Assembly (NCBI GenBank): GCA_003345545.1
Contig: PRDH01000019.1
Location: 24,129 to 88,128 of the forward strand
Length of the DNA: 64,000 bases
Direction: 5' to 3'
Source: Candidatus Thorarchaeota archaeon
GTDB taxonomy: Archaea; Asgardarchaeota; Thorarchaeia; Thorarchaeales; Thorarchaeaceae
Shown: piece after piece, positions 47,108 to 60,400 of the stretch
How positions within the stretch are numbered: position 1 is the first letter of the stretch
How the letters are laid out: each line of letters opens with the position of its first letter
Translations under genes and position numbers: made by a program
Notes under the pieces: generated by a model
What the model was told of the DNA's origin: nothing
The model's database searches: none
What the model saw: only the letters and a program-made list of their open reading frames with translations

Positions 47108-47125
47108 TATAAGTTCTACCTGTCA

Positions 47126-47148
47126 GGCGGAGGCATGCCCCATCCGCC
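47126..47148 (+). terminator. GC-rich hairpin after the 46346 gene
   Basis: GGCGGA...TCCGCC stem with a T-rich stretch further downstream. Confidence 0.4.
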
Positions 47149-47321
47149 CCTGCCTAGGTCTCTGTTTTCATAATTGCGCCCATGGGAACTCTGACAGTGG
47201 ACTCTGACTGAAGATGCAGGGAGGTTTGCGACACTTCCGATTTGAAGCCCTGGCTAAACATGAGGTGTTGATTCCTTAATGCTTATATTAGCTGGCTGTT
47301 CTCGAATCGGGGAACCATCTC

Positions 47322-48725
47322 ATGACAGACACCACCTCACTAACACGAGTCTTGCTTGTATCATCACTTCTCATGGTCTTCTTGCTCCCGACCGCCGCCT
47401 TGATTGGCAATGAACCGACGAGCCAAACGATACTTGCGAATCAAGAGCCTCTCAGCATTATCCTGATGATCGGCGACGGGATGGGCTTTGAACACGTCAA
47501 ATTGGCCCAATTGGTCGAAGTAGGCGAGAACGGTTCTCTGGCTATGCAGCAACTGACATGGAATGCTTCAGTAACGACACATAGCGCTAATGCTGCAATC
47601 ACAGATTCTGCGGCTGGCGGCACCGCAATTGCGACTGGATACAAGACGAACAACGACATGGTTGGGATGCTTCCAAATGGAACTTCTGTAGAGAACATAC
47701 TTGAGTTCGCACAGAGCCTCAACAAATCCTCAGGTGTTGTATCTACCTGTCGTATTGTCGATGCAACCCCGGCTGCTTTCACAACCCATGTTCCTGATAG
47801 GAATGACAGAGATGAGATGGTGCTTCAATTGGTTGAGGATGCTAATGTCGATGTACTTCTCGGAGGAGGTTCAACGTACTTCTCAACAGAACAAATCAAT
47901 GCAATGGTATCAAATGATTATTCCGTCGTCTATGATCGTTCATCAATGATGGGTGTCACAACAGGTAAAATCTTGGGCTTCTTCGGAACCGGTGTCGATC
48001 CTGACCATATGGAATATGAGATTGACCGCAATTATGCAACGACGCCCTCGATTGCTGAGATGACGAACAAGTCCATCGAGCTGCTATCGCAAGATCCTGA
48101 CGGATTCTTCTTGATGGTTGAAGGAGGTCAGATTGACCTTGCAGCGCATGCTGAAAACAAAGTGAACAACGCTTTGGAAACAATTGAGTTCGACAATGCC
48201 GTGAAAGTTGCTTTGGACTATGCCAAAGCTCATTCAAATGTGATTCTCATTGTGACTGCTGATCATGAAACTGAGGGTCTAGTGGTTGTCAGCGACAATC
48301 TTGGCAGTGAGCTTCCTTCAAGTCTTCTCACACAAAATGAGAACGAAACTCTGAGAATAGCACGGGCTAACAATGTCACCGTTGATTGGACAGCAGCGTA
48401 TCACACTGCTTCGCAAGTACCGCTCTTCTGTTATGGGTCTGCCTTCTCTGAACTTCCACTAAACGTGACGATTGACAACACACACACCTTCACTCTCATG
48501 AAAGACTACTTCTTGGGGAATCCACTCAATGTGACTCCTGTTGAGATACCGACGACTACAACGACGACTACTACCACTACAACAACGGGTTCTACGAATA
48601 CTACTACCACTCTGGCGTCCACGACACCAACCGGAACGCCGTTTGATACCAACATACTTCTTATCGCGGCAGTTGGCGCAGCAGTGGTAGTTGTGGTTGT
48701 ACTGATCATCATCCGACGTAGATAA
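47322..48725 (+). CDS. phoA: Secreted alkaline phosphatase with Thr-rich linker and C-terminal membrane anchor
   Basis: Signal peptide; IGDGMG, TDSAAGGTA, DATPAAF, MVEGGQID.AAH, TADHE; poly-T linker, TM, RRR. Confidence 0.92.
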   Translation: MTDTTSLTRVLLVSSLLMVFLLPTAALIGNEPTSQTILANQEPLSIILMIGDGMGFEHVKLAQLVEVGENGSLAMQQLTWNASVTTHSANAAITDSAAGGTAIATGYKTNNDMVGMLPNGTSVENILEFAQSLNKSSGVVSTCRIVDATPAAFTTHVPDRNDRDEMVLQLVEDANVDVLLGGGSTYFSTEQINAMVSNDYSVVYDRSSMMGVTTGKILGFFGTGVDPDHMEYEIDRNYATTPSIAEMTNKSIELLSQDPDGFFLMVEGGQIDLAAHAENKVNNALETIEFDNAVKVALDYAKAHSNVILIVTADHETEGLVVVSDNLGSELPSSLLTQNENETLRIARANNVTVDWTAAYHTASQVPLFCYGSAFSELPLNVTIDNTHTFTLMKDYFLGNPLNVTPVEIPTTTTTTTTTTTTGSTNTTTTLASTTPTGTPFDTNILLIAAVGAAVVVVVVLIIIRRR

Positions 48726-48871
48726 TCAGTTGCGGTCCTCAGGTGCTCCACGAGTCCCTACAGCTATTGAGATCTGTTTACCTAGAACCTACAATCGACC
48801 ATTTGGATAGGCCACTTGGCTAAGTTCATAAGACATCCTACACGCGTTGATTTCTATCAGGTGTTCATCTT

Positions 48872-50056
48872 TTGCCAATCGAGTACTCGTCTGTGCTTGT
48901 CCGTTTCGGAGAGATAGGAATCAAGTCAAAACAGACTCGTCGCCGGATGACGAGAATGCTAGCAGACCACATACGCTCAGCACTCGATGAGAAGGGAGTC
49001 CCCTATTCTGCTGTCCGCGATGAATTCAGTCGTATCTTTGTCGATACCAATGAAGCGATAAGAGCAGCAGAGATTGCGGCCGGAATCTTCGGCGTCGTTT
49101 CTACATCTCCTGTAGTGGTCACCTCTTCAAGCCTGCATGATATACTGGAAACAGCCGAGACCCTTGCTCGCGCCAATTTCAGGAGAGGCCTTTCGTTTGC
49201 AGTCGGCGCCCGCAGAATTGGCGATCATGCGTATTCAAGTCAAGAATTGAGAAACCGCTTGGGTGAGCGTCTGCTTGAAGGCAACCCCGACTTACAGCTC
49301 AAAGTGGACCTGGAGAATCCAGAGCAATCAATCTACGTTGAGGTGCGGGACACAACCTCTCACATCTTCACCGAAACCCTGAAGGGCGTGGGAGGTATGC
49401 CGACCGGATCACAAGGCAAAGTCGTGTGCACGATATCCACAGGACTAGATTCTCCGATAGCTGCTTTCAAAGTCATCAAGCGAGGAGCCATTCCCATCTT
49501 TGTGTACTTTGACAATTCTCCCCACTGCGATGAGAACTGCACCGAGCTTGCGATACGACAAGCACAGCTGCTGGCAAATTATGTCTATGGTCACACAGTC
49601 AAGATGTACATAGTCCCTCACTGGCCTGACCTTGAGGATGCGATAAGACATGGTCCTGAAAAGATGACATGTCTCTTCTGTAAGAGGAATATGATGCGTA
49701 TAGCCCGTGAGATTGCTCTTGTCGAGGGCGCAGACGCGATTGTGACCGGAGAGATTATCGGTGAACAGGCATCGCAGACCACAGCGAATCTCAGGGTCAT
49801 CGATGAAGCAGTAGTGGACTTTCCGATTCTGAGGCCTCTTGCGGGTGATGACAAGGTTGACATCGAAAGAATTGCTCAGGAAATAGGAACCTATACCTTT
49901 GCTGAGGCGGGACTCCAGTGTTGCGATCTTGCTCCCAAGTACCCTGCTGTTTCCTCAACGGTTCAGAAAGCCATTGAAGGCGAGAGAACCATGGATTCAA
50001 GTGTATTGAAATCGGAGCTCGAAAAAGCAAGGGTGCTGATTCTCAGGAAGAAGTGA
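48872..50056 (+). CDS. thiI: tRNA 4-thiouridine synthase ThiI (THUMP + PP-loop)
   Basis: VRFGEIGIKS, GVGGMP.G, STGLDSP, C..CKR, TGE..G..ASQT..NL, LRPL...DK. Confidence 0.93.
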   Translation: MPIEYSSVLVRFGEIGIKSKQTRRRMTRMLADHIRSALDEKGVPYSAVRDEFSRIFVDTNEAIRAAEIAAGIFGVVSTSPVVVTSSSLHDILETAETLARANFRRGLSFAVGARRIGDHAYSSQELRNRLGERLLEGNPDLQLKVDLENPEQSIYVEVRDTTSHIFTETLKGVGGMPTGSQGKVVCTISTGLDSPIAAFKVIKRGAIPIFVYFDNSPHCDENCTELAIRQAQLLANYVYGHTVKMYIVPHWPDLEDAIRHGPEKMTCLFCKRNMMRIAREIALVEGADAIVTGEIIGEQASQTTANLRVIDEAVVDFPILRPLAGDDKVDIERIAQEIGTYTFAEAGLQCCDLAPKYPAVSSTVQKAIEGERTMDSSVLKSELEKARVLILRKK

Positions 50057-50228
50057 TAGCGAAAACTCCCCTATCATGCCTCTTCTTGCCCATTTGAACT
50101 GATAGCGCCCTTCAAGTCAAGCTAAAAGGTGTTGCACCAACTCTTTCCGGTAATACAAAGTTCTTAAACTAATTTGCGTGAGGAACGCGTGTATAAGACC
50201 TGTTTATCCCAGAGGAGTGAGAGAGGTC

Positions 50229-50465
50229 TTGCCCAGATCAAAGAAAGACAGAATCATCCCAGTAGCACCAATCGATAAGCTCATCCGTAGAGCGGGGGCG
50301 GGACGCGTGAGTGACAAAGGAGCTGAGAGGTTAGCTCATATTCTTGAGGACGTCGGCGAATACCTAGCAGCAAGAGCCTTCCAGATAACTACCCACACAG
50401 GACGGAAGACAATCACTGATAAAGACATAGAGCTTGCCTACAAGCAATGGGGCAAGCCGACCTGA
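50229..50465 (+). CDS. Archaeal nucleosomal histone with short basic N-terminal tail
   Basis: TTG start: (M)PRSKKDRIIPVAPIDKLIRRAGAGRVSDKG...HTGRKTITDKDIELA. Confidence 0.92.
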   Translation: MPRSKKDRIIPVAPIDKLIRRAGAGRVSDKGAERLAHILEDVGEYLAARAFQITTHTGRKTITDKDIELAYKQWGKPT

Positions 50466-50542
50466 GAATAGGCTTCTTCCGTGATGGTTTTCAAGGGTAT
50501 TGCTCCATAGGATCATGGAGATTCCAATTCTGGTGATGTAGT

Positions 50543-51235
50543 GTGAGAGAGGTAGTCGAACCCGTGGCGGACACCATAGCACTCCTCTCCCTGCATGATA
50601 TCACACCTGCATATGAGGATGACATTATCCATACCTATGACCTTCTTGCTGGGCTCGGCATGGAGAGCATGACTTTGCTAGTCACACCATTCTATGGAAT
50701 GAAGAAGAGCAATTGCTTCGTCAAGGGTTCGCCCTTCACTGAATTCCTGCTATCGCTTGACCTTGAGATCTCACTCCACGGATATTCTCACATTACCAAG
50801 TCTGGAGCACCATGTGAGTTCTGCAATCTGACAAAAGAAAGAGCGGTGGCGCGCCTGAAGGATGGAATCAGCCTCATTAAACAGGGATTCGGGAAGAGAC
50901 CTGTGGGATTCATTCCTCCAATGTGGGATGCGCCTCCACGTATTGCGAAGGCAGTTCGCGAAGTCGGACTTGATTATTGTGTTATTGGGGATAACCTATA
51001 CAGCTCTGCGGGCTCCAAAATCCATGGTACCGGAGCACGGATAATCAGCCAGGGTCAGAGGACTGTTAATACAGAGGCCGCCATGTTTGAGATTGAGCTG
51101 GGGGGTGCCCTGCAGGTAGCGGTACACCCCTTTGATTATAGGATGAATAATCTCTTTGAATTGCTGGCTGACCTGAGGGACCGCCAAGGCTATCGTTTTC
51201 TTGGCTACCGCGACTTCATGAAGTCTATTCACTGA
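50543..51235 (+). CDS. Polysaccharide deacetylase-like protein (DUF2334 / CE4)
   Basis: SLHDITP, LHGYSH, GFIPPMW, AVHP. Confidence 0.8.
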   Translation: MREVVEPVADTIALLSLHDITPAYEDDIIHTYDLLAGLGMESMTLLVTPFYGMKKSNCFVKGSPFTEFLLSLDLEISLHGYSHITKSGAPCEFCNLTKERAVARLKDGISLIKQGFGKRPVGFIPPMWDAPPRIAKAVREVGLDYCVIGDNLYSSAGSKIHGTGARIISQGQRTVNTEAAMFEIELGGALQVAVHPFDYRMNNLFELLADLRDRQGYRFLGYRDFMKSIH

Positions 51236-51414
51236 TATCCAGTTGCATTGTGTCGATAAATGGTCGAGTCTAATCTGAAACGGAATCTATTTACAGAAGA
51301 TTTCTTCTTATACACGTGATTCAATGCAATAATCGGTACGAGCGGGTGTTCCGTAAGCACGACGGATGAATGCTCGCTCAAGTACTGTACCATTCGAGAG
51401 GAGAAAGTCACCTC

Positions 51415-54400
51415 ATGAGGAGATGCGGTCTAATCTGTATTCTGTTGATAGTAGTCTTTCTAATTCCCGTAACAAGCCCATTTGCTGGGTCTGATACTAA
51501 TCTGAATAGACTCCCAGAGCTGAGCCCACTAGATGGAGGATCGACCGTATCCCAGAGTGGGGACTTGAACTCAGGCACCGGCGCATCTCTGCCTGTTTTG
51601 ATGAATGGCATTGTGTCCAGCGTAGGCGCTGGTTCCATGCAAATCACCTCTGCGAGCCCAGGCACAAGCTCTGTCACACTTACAGATGGTTGGTCTGGCA
51701 CTAACCTCGCCGCTCAGATTGATGCCCTGTCCTTTACCACCAGCAATGTTCTTAGAAACGGCAACTTGAACAACTACCATACAGAGAGGTTCATTGTAAG
51801 TTCGACCCCCACTTACAACGATGATGCAGTCTACGTGCCTGATGGTTGGACTCTGGTCAAGAGTGTCGCATCTGACGACCCTCACCCACTGTACAATGTG
51901 TATGGAATCCGGTCAGATGCAGGCGGATATGGCGGGACTTACGGCGTTTCTCTAGGGTCCCAATACTTGGCTAGCTTTGTCCACAATCCGAACGATGAGG
52001 TATTCGTTAGCCAGATGGTACCTACCCCGTGGAGGCAGGTCTATTCTGCCACGATTTCGTTCAGGTATTATGTTCATTCCAGTTCGACCATGACTGACAC
52101 ACTCCATCTATTCACTAGGCTCGGAGGCTATGTCACCAAGTACCACGTATTCGAATCTAGCGACGCCAAAACCACTTGGCTGACTGCATCCGTGACAGTT
52201 CAGGCTGCCTCTTTGCAGGGTCTTGCGAATCGTGTCTTGAAGCTTGATGTTGGTCTGGCATCTGACCTCACCGGTACTCAGACGTCGGCAGCTACTGCCA
52301 TAGCCTACATTGATGACCTGCAGTTGATGTTTCTAGCTCGACCGTTCCCTGAGCAGGTTGACCTCAAGGCAAACGGAACCATCGTCTGGGGTTCTACCTC
52401 GGGGAGCGACTATCCGTATGTCCCTGACGATGCCAATCGTGATTGCTGGGACTACTCAAACGAAATCGATCTTGATGGTTACAATAATGATGGCAATATT
52501 GAGTTCGGTATTTGGGGCAGCGATTGGACTGTAGACGCCGATTTCCAGATTGGCATTCAGTTTCCTGTGGCTGTTCCACAGGGCGCGATAGTTACCTCTG
52601 CATGGGTGGAGGTTGAAGCAATCGCCTCTTCAAGCCCCTTCATGTATGGTGCCCGAGTCTATGTTGCAGATGCTGATAATGTGGCTGCTTTCACAGCAGG
52701 ACCTCCCTCTCTCGAGAATCGATATAGTTGGGTGCCAACCAGTATAGATTGGACTTTCAACTCATGGGTCACGTCTCCTGACACCCGATACAAGTCTCCT
52801 GAGATAGGATCACTTGTTCAGAAGGTTGTCAGCCGATCTGGATGGTCCCAGGGCAACTACATATGCCTAATGATTGACTACATGAACTCTGACTATTTCC
52901 AGAGATACAGCAACATTAAGGGAAGTACGGGCTGGGGCCAGGAGGACCTTGCAAGACTCTATGTTGAGTATGTCATTCCAGAGACTGAAGACCATGTTGT
53001 CATGTACGACTATCAAAAAACCATCACGATTGATCATACGCGCGTAGCTTCCACACTAGCCAACTTCCCAGTCTTAATCGATCTCGTTGATACCGATTTA
53101 AAGAATCGTGTCCTCGCAGGTGGCAATGACATTGCTTTCACTCTGAATGGCCAACCTCTTGACTATGAGATTGAGCTTTTTGATCAGAACTATAATGCCA
53201 CGCATGCTCATCTCGTGGCATGGGTCAAAGTTCCTAGTTTGTCTAGCACTATTGATACGGCGATTACCATGCACTATGGATGTGAAGATGTACCATCGAG
53301 CTACTCCACTGGTGTGTGGGACAGCTACGAGATAGTCCAGCACCTCAATGACAACCCTGCGGGTATACAATATGACAGTGCAGCCAACAATCACCATGGA
53401 ACATCTTACGGTAGCATGGTGAGCGAGAATCTGGTAGCTGGCATGATTGGTAATGCCATCGAATTTGATGGCGCTGATGACGCCATCTCTGTTGGTCAGA
53501 TTTACACTGATCAATGGTCACAGCTTACTATGAGTGCATGGATCTATCATGACCTTACTTCGGATGACCGAATCTTCTCGAAGGCCCCTAGCACTGTCAC
53601 AGCTGATTGCATTATGCATTTGGCTGTGAATTCAGCTGGCAGAATGCGGGTCAGGCTTAGTACGAATACTGGATCTACTATATACCCTTCAGCAAACAAC
53701 GATAGCATATCAATACCAACAAACACAGCTTGGCATTACTTGTCCTGGACTTGGAGTGCAGCATCGCAGACAGTGCTTCTATATATTGATGGTGTACTTG
53801 ATAGAACTTGCTTAAAGTATGGACAAACAGTAAAAGATTCTGACCTTATGTTCATCATAGCTAATTGGGAAACTGGTACGAGCGATTCAAGGCATTGGGA
53901 TGGCAAGATTGACGAAATCAGAATGCTGCCCACGCTTCTCTCAGGCAATTGGATTCTCACAGAATGGAGAAATCAGAATAGTCCATCAACATTCTACTCT
54001 GTAGGAACAGAGTCAAAGAATCCTGATGTCTGGACCGATGCCGGAGAAACGAGTGTGCTCTTCACGACAGATTCTACGGCACCAGTCACATTGGATGTCA
54101 ACCTCACATTCGATATCGGCGGGAATGGTCAGACCCTCGATGAGGACCTTGACCCCGGTACAAGTTTCTTCATCGAGAGTGGAAGCAGCATTGTCAATTG
54201 GACCGCAAAGGTCATGGTGTCACCCCCTGCTGGCGCGACCTCGTTTGGTTTCAGTGTGGAGTATCCTATGGCTGAGTGGAAACCAACAGCAGTGCTGAAT
54301 CCATTCAGCAATATCAAGAGTTACCCGCAGGACTGGTGGTATCAGGCAGGAACTCTGTCCATCAATTCCTCGGCTATCGATTTCTGGGGTATCTGGACGC

Positions 54401-57400
54401 TCAAATTCATCAGCTGGAACTTTGCCCAAGACCTGACCTTAGGAAGAACTGGTGAAGCGCTCTCGACCACAGCGACTTTCAACATTGGCGACTCCATGAA
54501 GTACTTGGCAACCACTCCCACCGTCCAGGGAGCAACTGTCGGGCTTGTGCTGACTGATCCCAGTGGCTCCGTACGGTATTCTCTCTCTAATTCGACAATC
54601 ACTAATCCATCGCACAAGTTCCCATCATTCCAATATAGGAAGGACTTCACGATTGTCCCAACCAACAACGTGTATGAAGATGTGATCAACTTCCCAATAG
54701 CTCTCGATTTCACTGATACTGACCTTCACAGCACAAGCAAGGTTCGAGCTGATGGTTCAGACATCATGTTTGCCATGGGCAGCGCGATTCTCCCTCACCA
54801 GATAGAGTACTTCAAGCAGGACTACACTGTGACTGACGCTCGTCTGGTAGTGTGGGTCTGTGCCAATCTCTCCTCTACTGTTACGAACACATTCTCAATG
54901 TATTATGGAAGTCCAATTGTCGATAACCTCGAGGATCCTGAAGGTGTCTGGGGTCCGAATATGGAAGCAGTCTGGCATCTTGGTGAGGATGTAGTTGACG
55001 AGGCCTCGACAGGCACACATTACGATGCGACAGGTCATGGATATGATGGCATTCAACATGGGAATGTCGAGACTCTGACAACGCGAGTGGGCTATGCTCA
55101 GAGCTTTGACGGTAATGATTACATATCACTCTCCGAGTCTCTTGCCCCTGCTGATGATGTGATGATTACGGGCTGGTTCCGCCTCACCTCAATACATAGC
55201 CCCACATCACCGACCACCAAGGTAATCATGGAAAAATACCTCGATATCAATCATGATATGGTTATTGCGCTCGTAGGCCAAGACTACGGGCAGAGTCAGG
55301 TCCCGAATGGCTCACTTGTATTCAAAGTGGAGAGCTCGACAAATGCGCCAATGTATTCATGGACCTTGGGCCCCTTAGGGACTGGCACATGGAATGCCGG
55401 ATGGTACTATATCGGCTGTTATTCTAACGAATCTGATCCTTCAAAGAATAAGATCTTTATTGGATATTCACAAGCATCGTATGATGTTACGGTCGGACAC
55501 TATGGTTCAACAACACAAGCTAATATGAGCTATATCGAAGAATGGCAACTTGGTGGAGGAAACTTTGAGACTAGCTATGAAGGAACCGGTTGGTTCACTG
55601 GCCAAATGGATGAGTTCCGTGTAGCTACAATATACCGTTCTGAGGGATGGCTCAAGACCGAGTGGGATAACCAGGCATCACCTACGACATTCGCGTCGAA
55701 GGGGACTGAACAGGCCCGGACGTCACCCAATCATACATTCACGCAGACTCTCCTTTCAACTGCTCAAGCAGGTATCTGGACAGCTTCTGTCTACTACAAT
55801 GATACTGGTGCATCAGTATCGACCCGAACCGGTCTAATCGAACGCACCTTCACAGTGAAACGCAATACATACCTCACGCTCACCAAACCAATCGATGCAG
55901 TCGGTGATCGCCTGTCCGTAAAGACCGCTGGCGATGCAGTGATTGTCGAGTTCGAACTGAAGGACACTCTAAACAGTACTCAACTAGTCAACGGTGCAAC
56001 TGTCACTATCAACTGGACTTCTCCGAGCACGGTGACTCTGGACTCCTATGGAGGAGGAAAGTACGGTAAGGTGCTTGATACAAATGACCTTGCCAGTGCG
56101 AAGAGATGGCGCATCAATGTGGCATCAACTCATCCGTACTACAATAATGCGAACGAGTATTTCGATATTGACCTCTATCACAACACAGGGCTTGACTCTT
56201 CAGGTGTATCGACAACTCCCGTTGGTGAGGACTTCACCGCCACGCTCACTTTCATAGATTCTTACACAGGTACTCCCATTCAGGGAGCTACTATTACCTT
56301 TGGAGACAACTCGCCTGTCCAATCCTATGTTGACGAGGGCAGTGGTGTCTATACTGTGACTGTTGATTCTGCTGCTCTGAGCCTTGGTGATCACATATAC
56401 ACTCTCAAAGCCACTTCCAGCAATACCTATCTGAAGACTGCCACCGTCACTGTGACATTCACCTTGAGGGCGCACTACACTTCAGTTTCAGTTCAAGGGG
56501 ATTTTGTTACACCGTATGGAAGTAACACACAGGTCACCGTGGTCTTGATTGACCTAGACACTGGATTGCCGGTAGCGATTGGTAGTGTTTCAACATTCTC
56601 GTTTACAACTGACTCCTATGCAGCCGATAACTTCGGTTCACTCTCCAGCTTCACACAGATTCTGACAACAAATGACTGGTTGATAGGCACAGAGACCGTG
56701 ACTCTTACGGTCACGATGTCCAGCGCAAATTCCTTGGCTCCTGACCAATTTCAATTTGATATAACAATCAGGCGCCACAGGACTTCACTGACCGTAGCTG
56801 GAGTCGTAACACAGCCCTATGGAAATCTGACTCCACTCACGGTAATCCTCACGGATCTTGATAATGGCACTCCTGTGCCTGTCGGTGCTGTGCAACAAAT
56901 GCTGTTCCAATGGATTGGCGGGTCCCAGACCCTAAGTGGGAGTTACACGGTGTCCTTGGGCACCAGTGCATGGCCGGTGGGGACAAGGATTGTCCAAGTG
57001 ATTACCACTATGTCTAGTAACAACTATGATGCGCCCCCCAACTATCAGTTCACGATAACTATCCGCAAGATGGCAACTGTACTGTACTACGATCCTGCGA
57101 GCTTCGTGTTCCCCAAAGGGTCCGATTTCCGAGTCGGCTTGCGGCTCAATGTGAGCGAACCTGGGCAGTACTATGGCAATCCCATCACAGGTCGAGCTGC
57201 TGGTGAGTTCTCGGTACCATCCTACGTGTTCTCGCTTGATACCACACAACACTCAATCGGTCGATACAATCTGACGATTAGTTCCTCCTACTTCCCAGGA
57301 GGCACGTATGAGATTCGAGTGTATTTCCACTCAGCTGATAGTCGCTATGCTGATGCGTCTATCCTGATTCGCTTTACTTATCGCGAAATCGTCAGCTCTC

Positions 57401-60400
57401 TCACTTCACCCAACTACCCACAAGTGACCACGCCATTCGGCATGAATGTTCAGATTACCCTGAACTATGTAGATGAGGACTTTGGCACTGGTATTGTAGG
57501 TGCAACAATCTCATCCGATCCGACCTGGGTCTACGGCAAAGTTGACTTGACTGGCGGAGCCTACACCGTCTGGATTAATGTGACAGGTCTTGCTCAGAGT
57601 ACATACTACATCAATATCACCGCTTACAAGGCGGGTTTTGTCGCGAGGACACTGCAGTTCAGGATTGTTATCAGAGCCGCCTACACATCAGTGATTCCAT
57701 CAGTTGGATCGCTGGTGATACCCCTTGGCAGTTCTGTGACTTTCTACGCAGATTACACGGATCTTGATAGGCTGTTGCCAATTGACAACAACACTGGAGA
57801 CACCGATGTTGTATCCACTTGGGGCAGGTTTACAGTTGAGTACGTAGTAGGGATACAGAGATACAGAATAGTATTCCAGACTATTGATTCGGATGGTATT
57901 TCGTCAAATGTGATACGCAGTTTCACCTTCTCAAAGGGAGCGAACTACCAGACTGCGAGTTTCAATATCACTGTCACGATTCGGACACACAATACTGACT
58001 TCCGACTTGTCAGTTCCATTGAGCCCACCAGCACTATTGGCATATTCAACATCTCAGTCTACTACGGAGACTTGGACAATGCTGTTGGTGTCAAATCTGC
58101 TCTTGTGATCTTCTCTGTCCAGAACGCATCTGGACTTGTTTCCTCAAGTTATGAATACGATTCGGTGCTTGGTGACGGATTCTACATTATTCGAGTGCCA
58201 GCTTCACAATTTGGTCTTGGCCTCCAGACCTTCACCGTGTACGCTGATTGGACAGGTCCGTATTCGAAGTTCCAGGACAAGTTTCTCGTTGCGACAGCGA
58301 ACGTTGTCGGTCGCGAGTCTGCTCTCACGCTCCTCCTTTCCTCTGAACCAACACCCTACCTTGGTACAATGAGTTACACCTTCTTCTTCAGTGATATCTT
58401 CAGCGGCATTGGAATTGATAATCTGACTGGTCATGTCTTCATCTTTGTCAGTTTCCAGGGTGAGTCCGTGAGTCCCTCGGGCATCACCATAATTGACTGG
58501 TCTGCATCACAGCCGGGCAACTACTCGATTCAGTTCAACACCTCTGTCTTCAGCAGGACTGGCCTAATCTACATGGACATCTCCATGGAGTGGGCGAAGG
58601 GTGTCTCACCTTACTATGCAAACCGCACTGATGTTGTATCTCTAAGGGTGCTACAACGGGACACCTTGCTGCAGACTACACCTCCCTCTCCCACGAGTTA
58701 TGGTGAAAATGCGACCTTCACGTTCACATTTGAGGATGTAACTGGAGGACTGAGCATCCCCATCAATGATGGTCCCTCATTGACAGTTCAATTGAGTCTT
58801 GCCGACTACTCAGTATCGTACAACAGTACATCACACATATTCACAGTGTCGTTCAACACCGACCAGTTCGGCACGACACTAGGTTCACATTCATTCACCC
58901 TCGGTGTCACTTGGAGTGGTGTACCGTTCTATGCGAGTCGTACTGGAAAACTCGTATCTGTAACAGTGATTGCTCGAGAAACATTTATGGAGTTTCTCAC
59001 ACCTGCTCCCACACAGTACATGGATGCAGTCGTGTTCAATGTCACATGGATAGATATCACTGGTGGGGCTTCAGACCCAATTTCCGGTGCAGCTCTAGTT
59101 CTCTACGATGGCTTGACTCCAATCAATGTCGGCAAGTACAGCTATGCCGAAATCGCATCCGGCATATACAGAGTCACTCTCAATACAACTTACGCCCCAT
59201 CTCCAGGAACGTATCAACTGCGCGTGGGACTCAACGCCGGAGTATCATACATCGCTCCCGCCTACATTATTCGCGAATTCAATATCAGATACAGAATCAC
59301 ACTGCTCTCTGCAGAACCAGTGGCAACAGTCCCCTACAACTCGCCGGTCCAGGTCATTCTGTACTACCAAGACTTGTACACTGCGGGCTTTATTGCGAAC
59401 ACGTCAGCTGGCTCATATCCCGTGGAACTGCAGTTTGTCACTGGCAGTAATTGGATCTATTCAATCGTCTGGAATCCTGTCTTCAAGCACTATGAGCTTT
59501 CTATTGAAACTTACAATCAAGGCTTTGTCATCGGTACCCCTGTGACCGTGACGCTTAGGATGAGTTATGCAAGTCAAGCTCCCTTTTATGCCTCAGATGA
59601 TCTTGTTGTGCAGTTTACGTTGCGGCTACGGTACTCTATCTTGACTCAGACCCTAGAGCCTGAAACAACTCCTTATGATGACAATGCTCAATTCAGAGTC
59701 TTCTTTGCTGACACTGATGCAGCAGGTGCCGGTATCGCGAATGCGCAGATTGTTGTTCTCAATAACTCTGTACCCTTGTTATTGAACACGCACTACACGC
59801 TCTCCCAGGGTGTATCCGGCGAGTACATTATTACGGTCGACTCTGAGTTCCTAGGTGGCCTGGGAACCCGTTCACTCACTATCAAAGCGAATTGGATTGC
59901 TGGTTCTCCCTATCATAGCAATGCGACCCGGGTTGTCAATATCCTTGTACGTCAGAGAGAAACGAGCGTTGCCGTGACTGTGCCTCCGTCTCAAGTGAAA
60001 TACCTTGATAATGTTGTATTCACTTTTGTCTACACGGACCTAGATGCTGGCATTCCTATTACATCAATCACGACATCGAATATTCATCTCAGGTTTGCCA
60101 ACGGCACGGAGATTACGAGCGGTTTCACAATAACCCCTGTCGGTTCATCTTTTGAAGTAGTGATTTCGTCGGTCACACTCTCGAAGATTCCAGTCACTGG
60201 TCTCTCCCTCATCGTTTCTGTTGATTGGCTAGGCTCTCTAGCACCATTCTATGCAGATGCTACGACAACGCTAAAGATCACGATAGTGGGACGTAGCATC
60301 CTTGTTGAAACAGGACAGCTAGACCGAACCCCAAAAGGTGATACACTCTCGATCATCCTGGACCTCACTGATCTTGATAGTGGAAATCCTGTTTCAGGGG

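Noticed and set aside
48550-48630. ACN trinucleotide-like repeat
   Set aside because: Ordinary Thr-rich linker of a membrane-anchored archaeal surface enzyme
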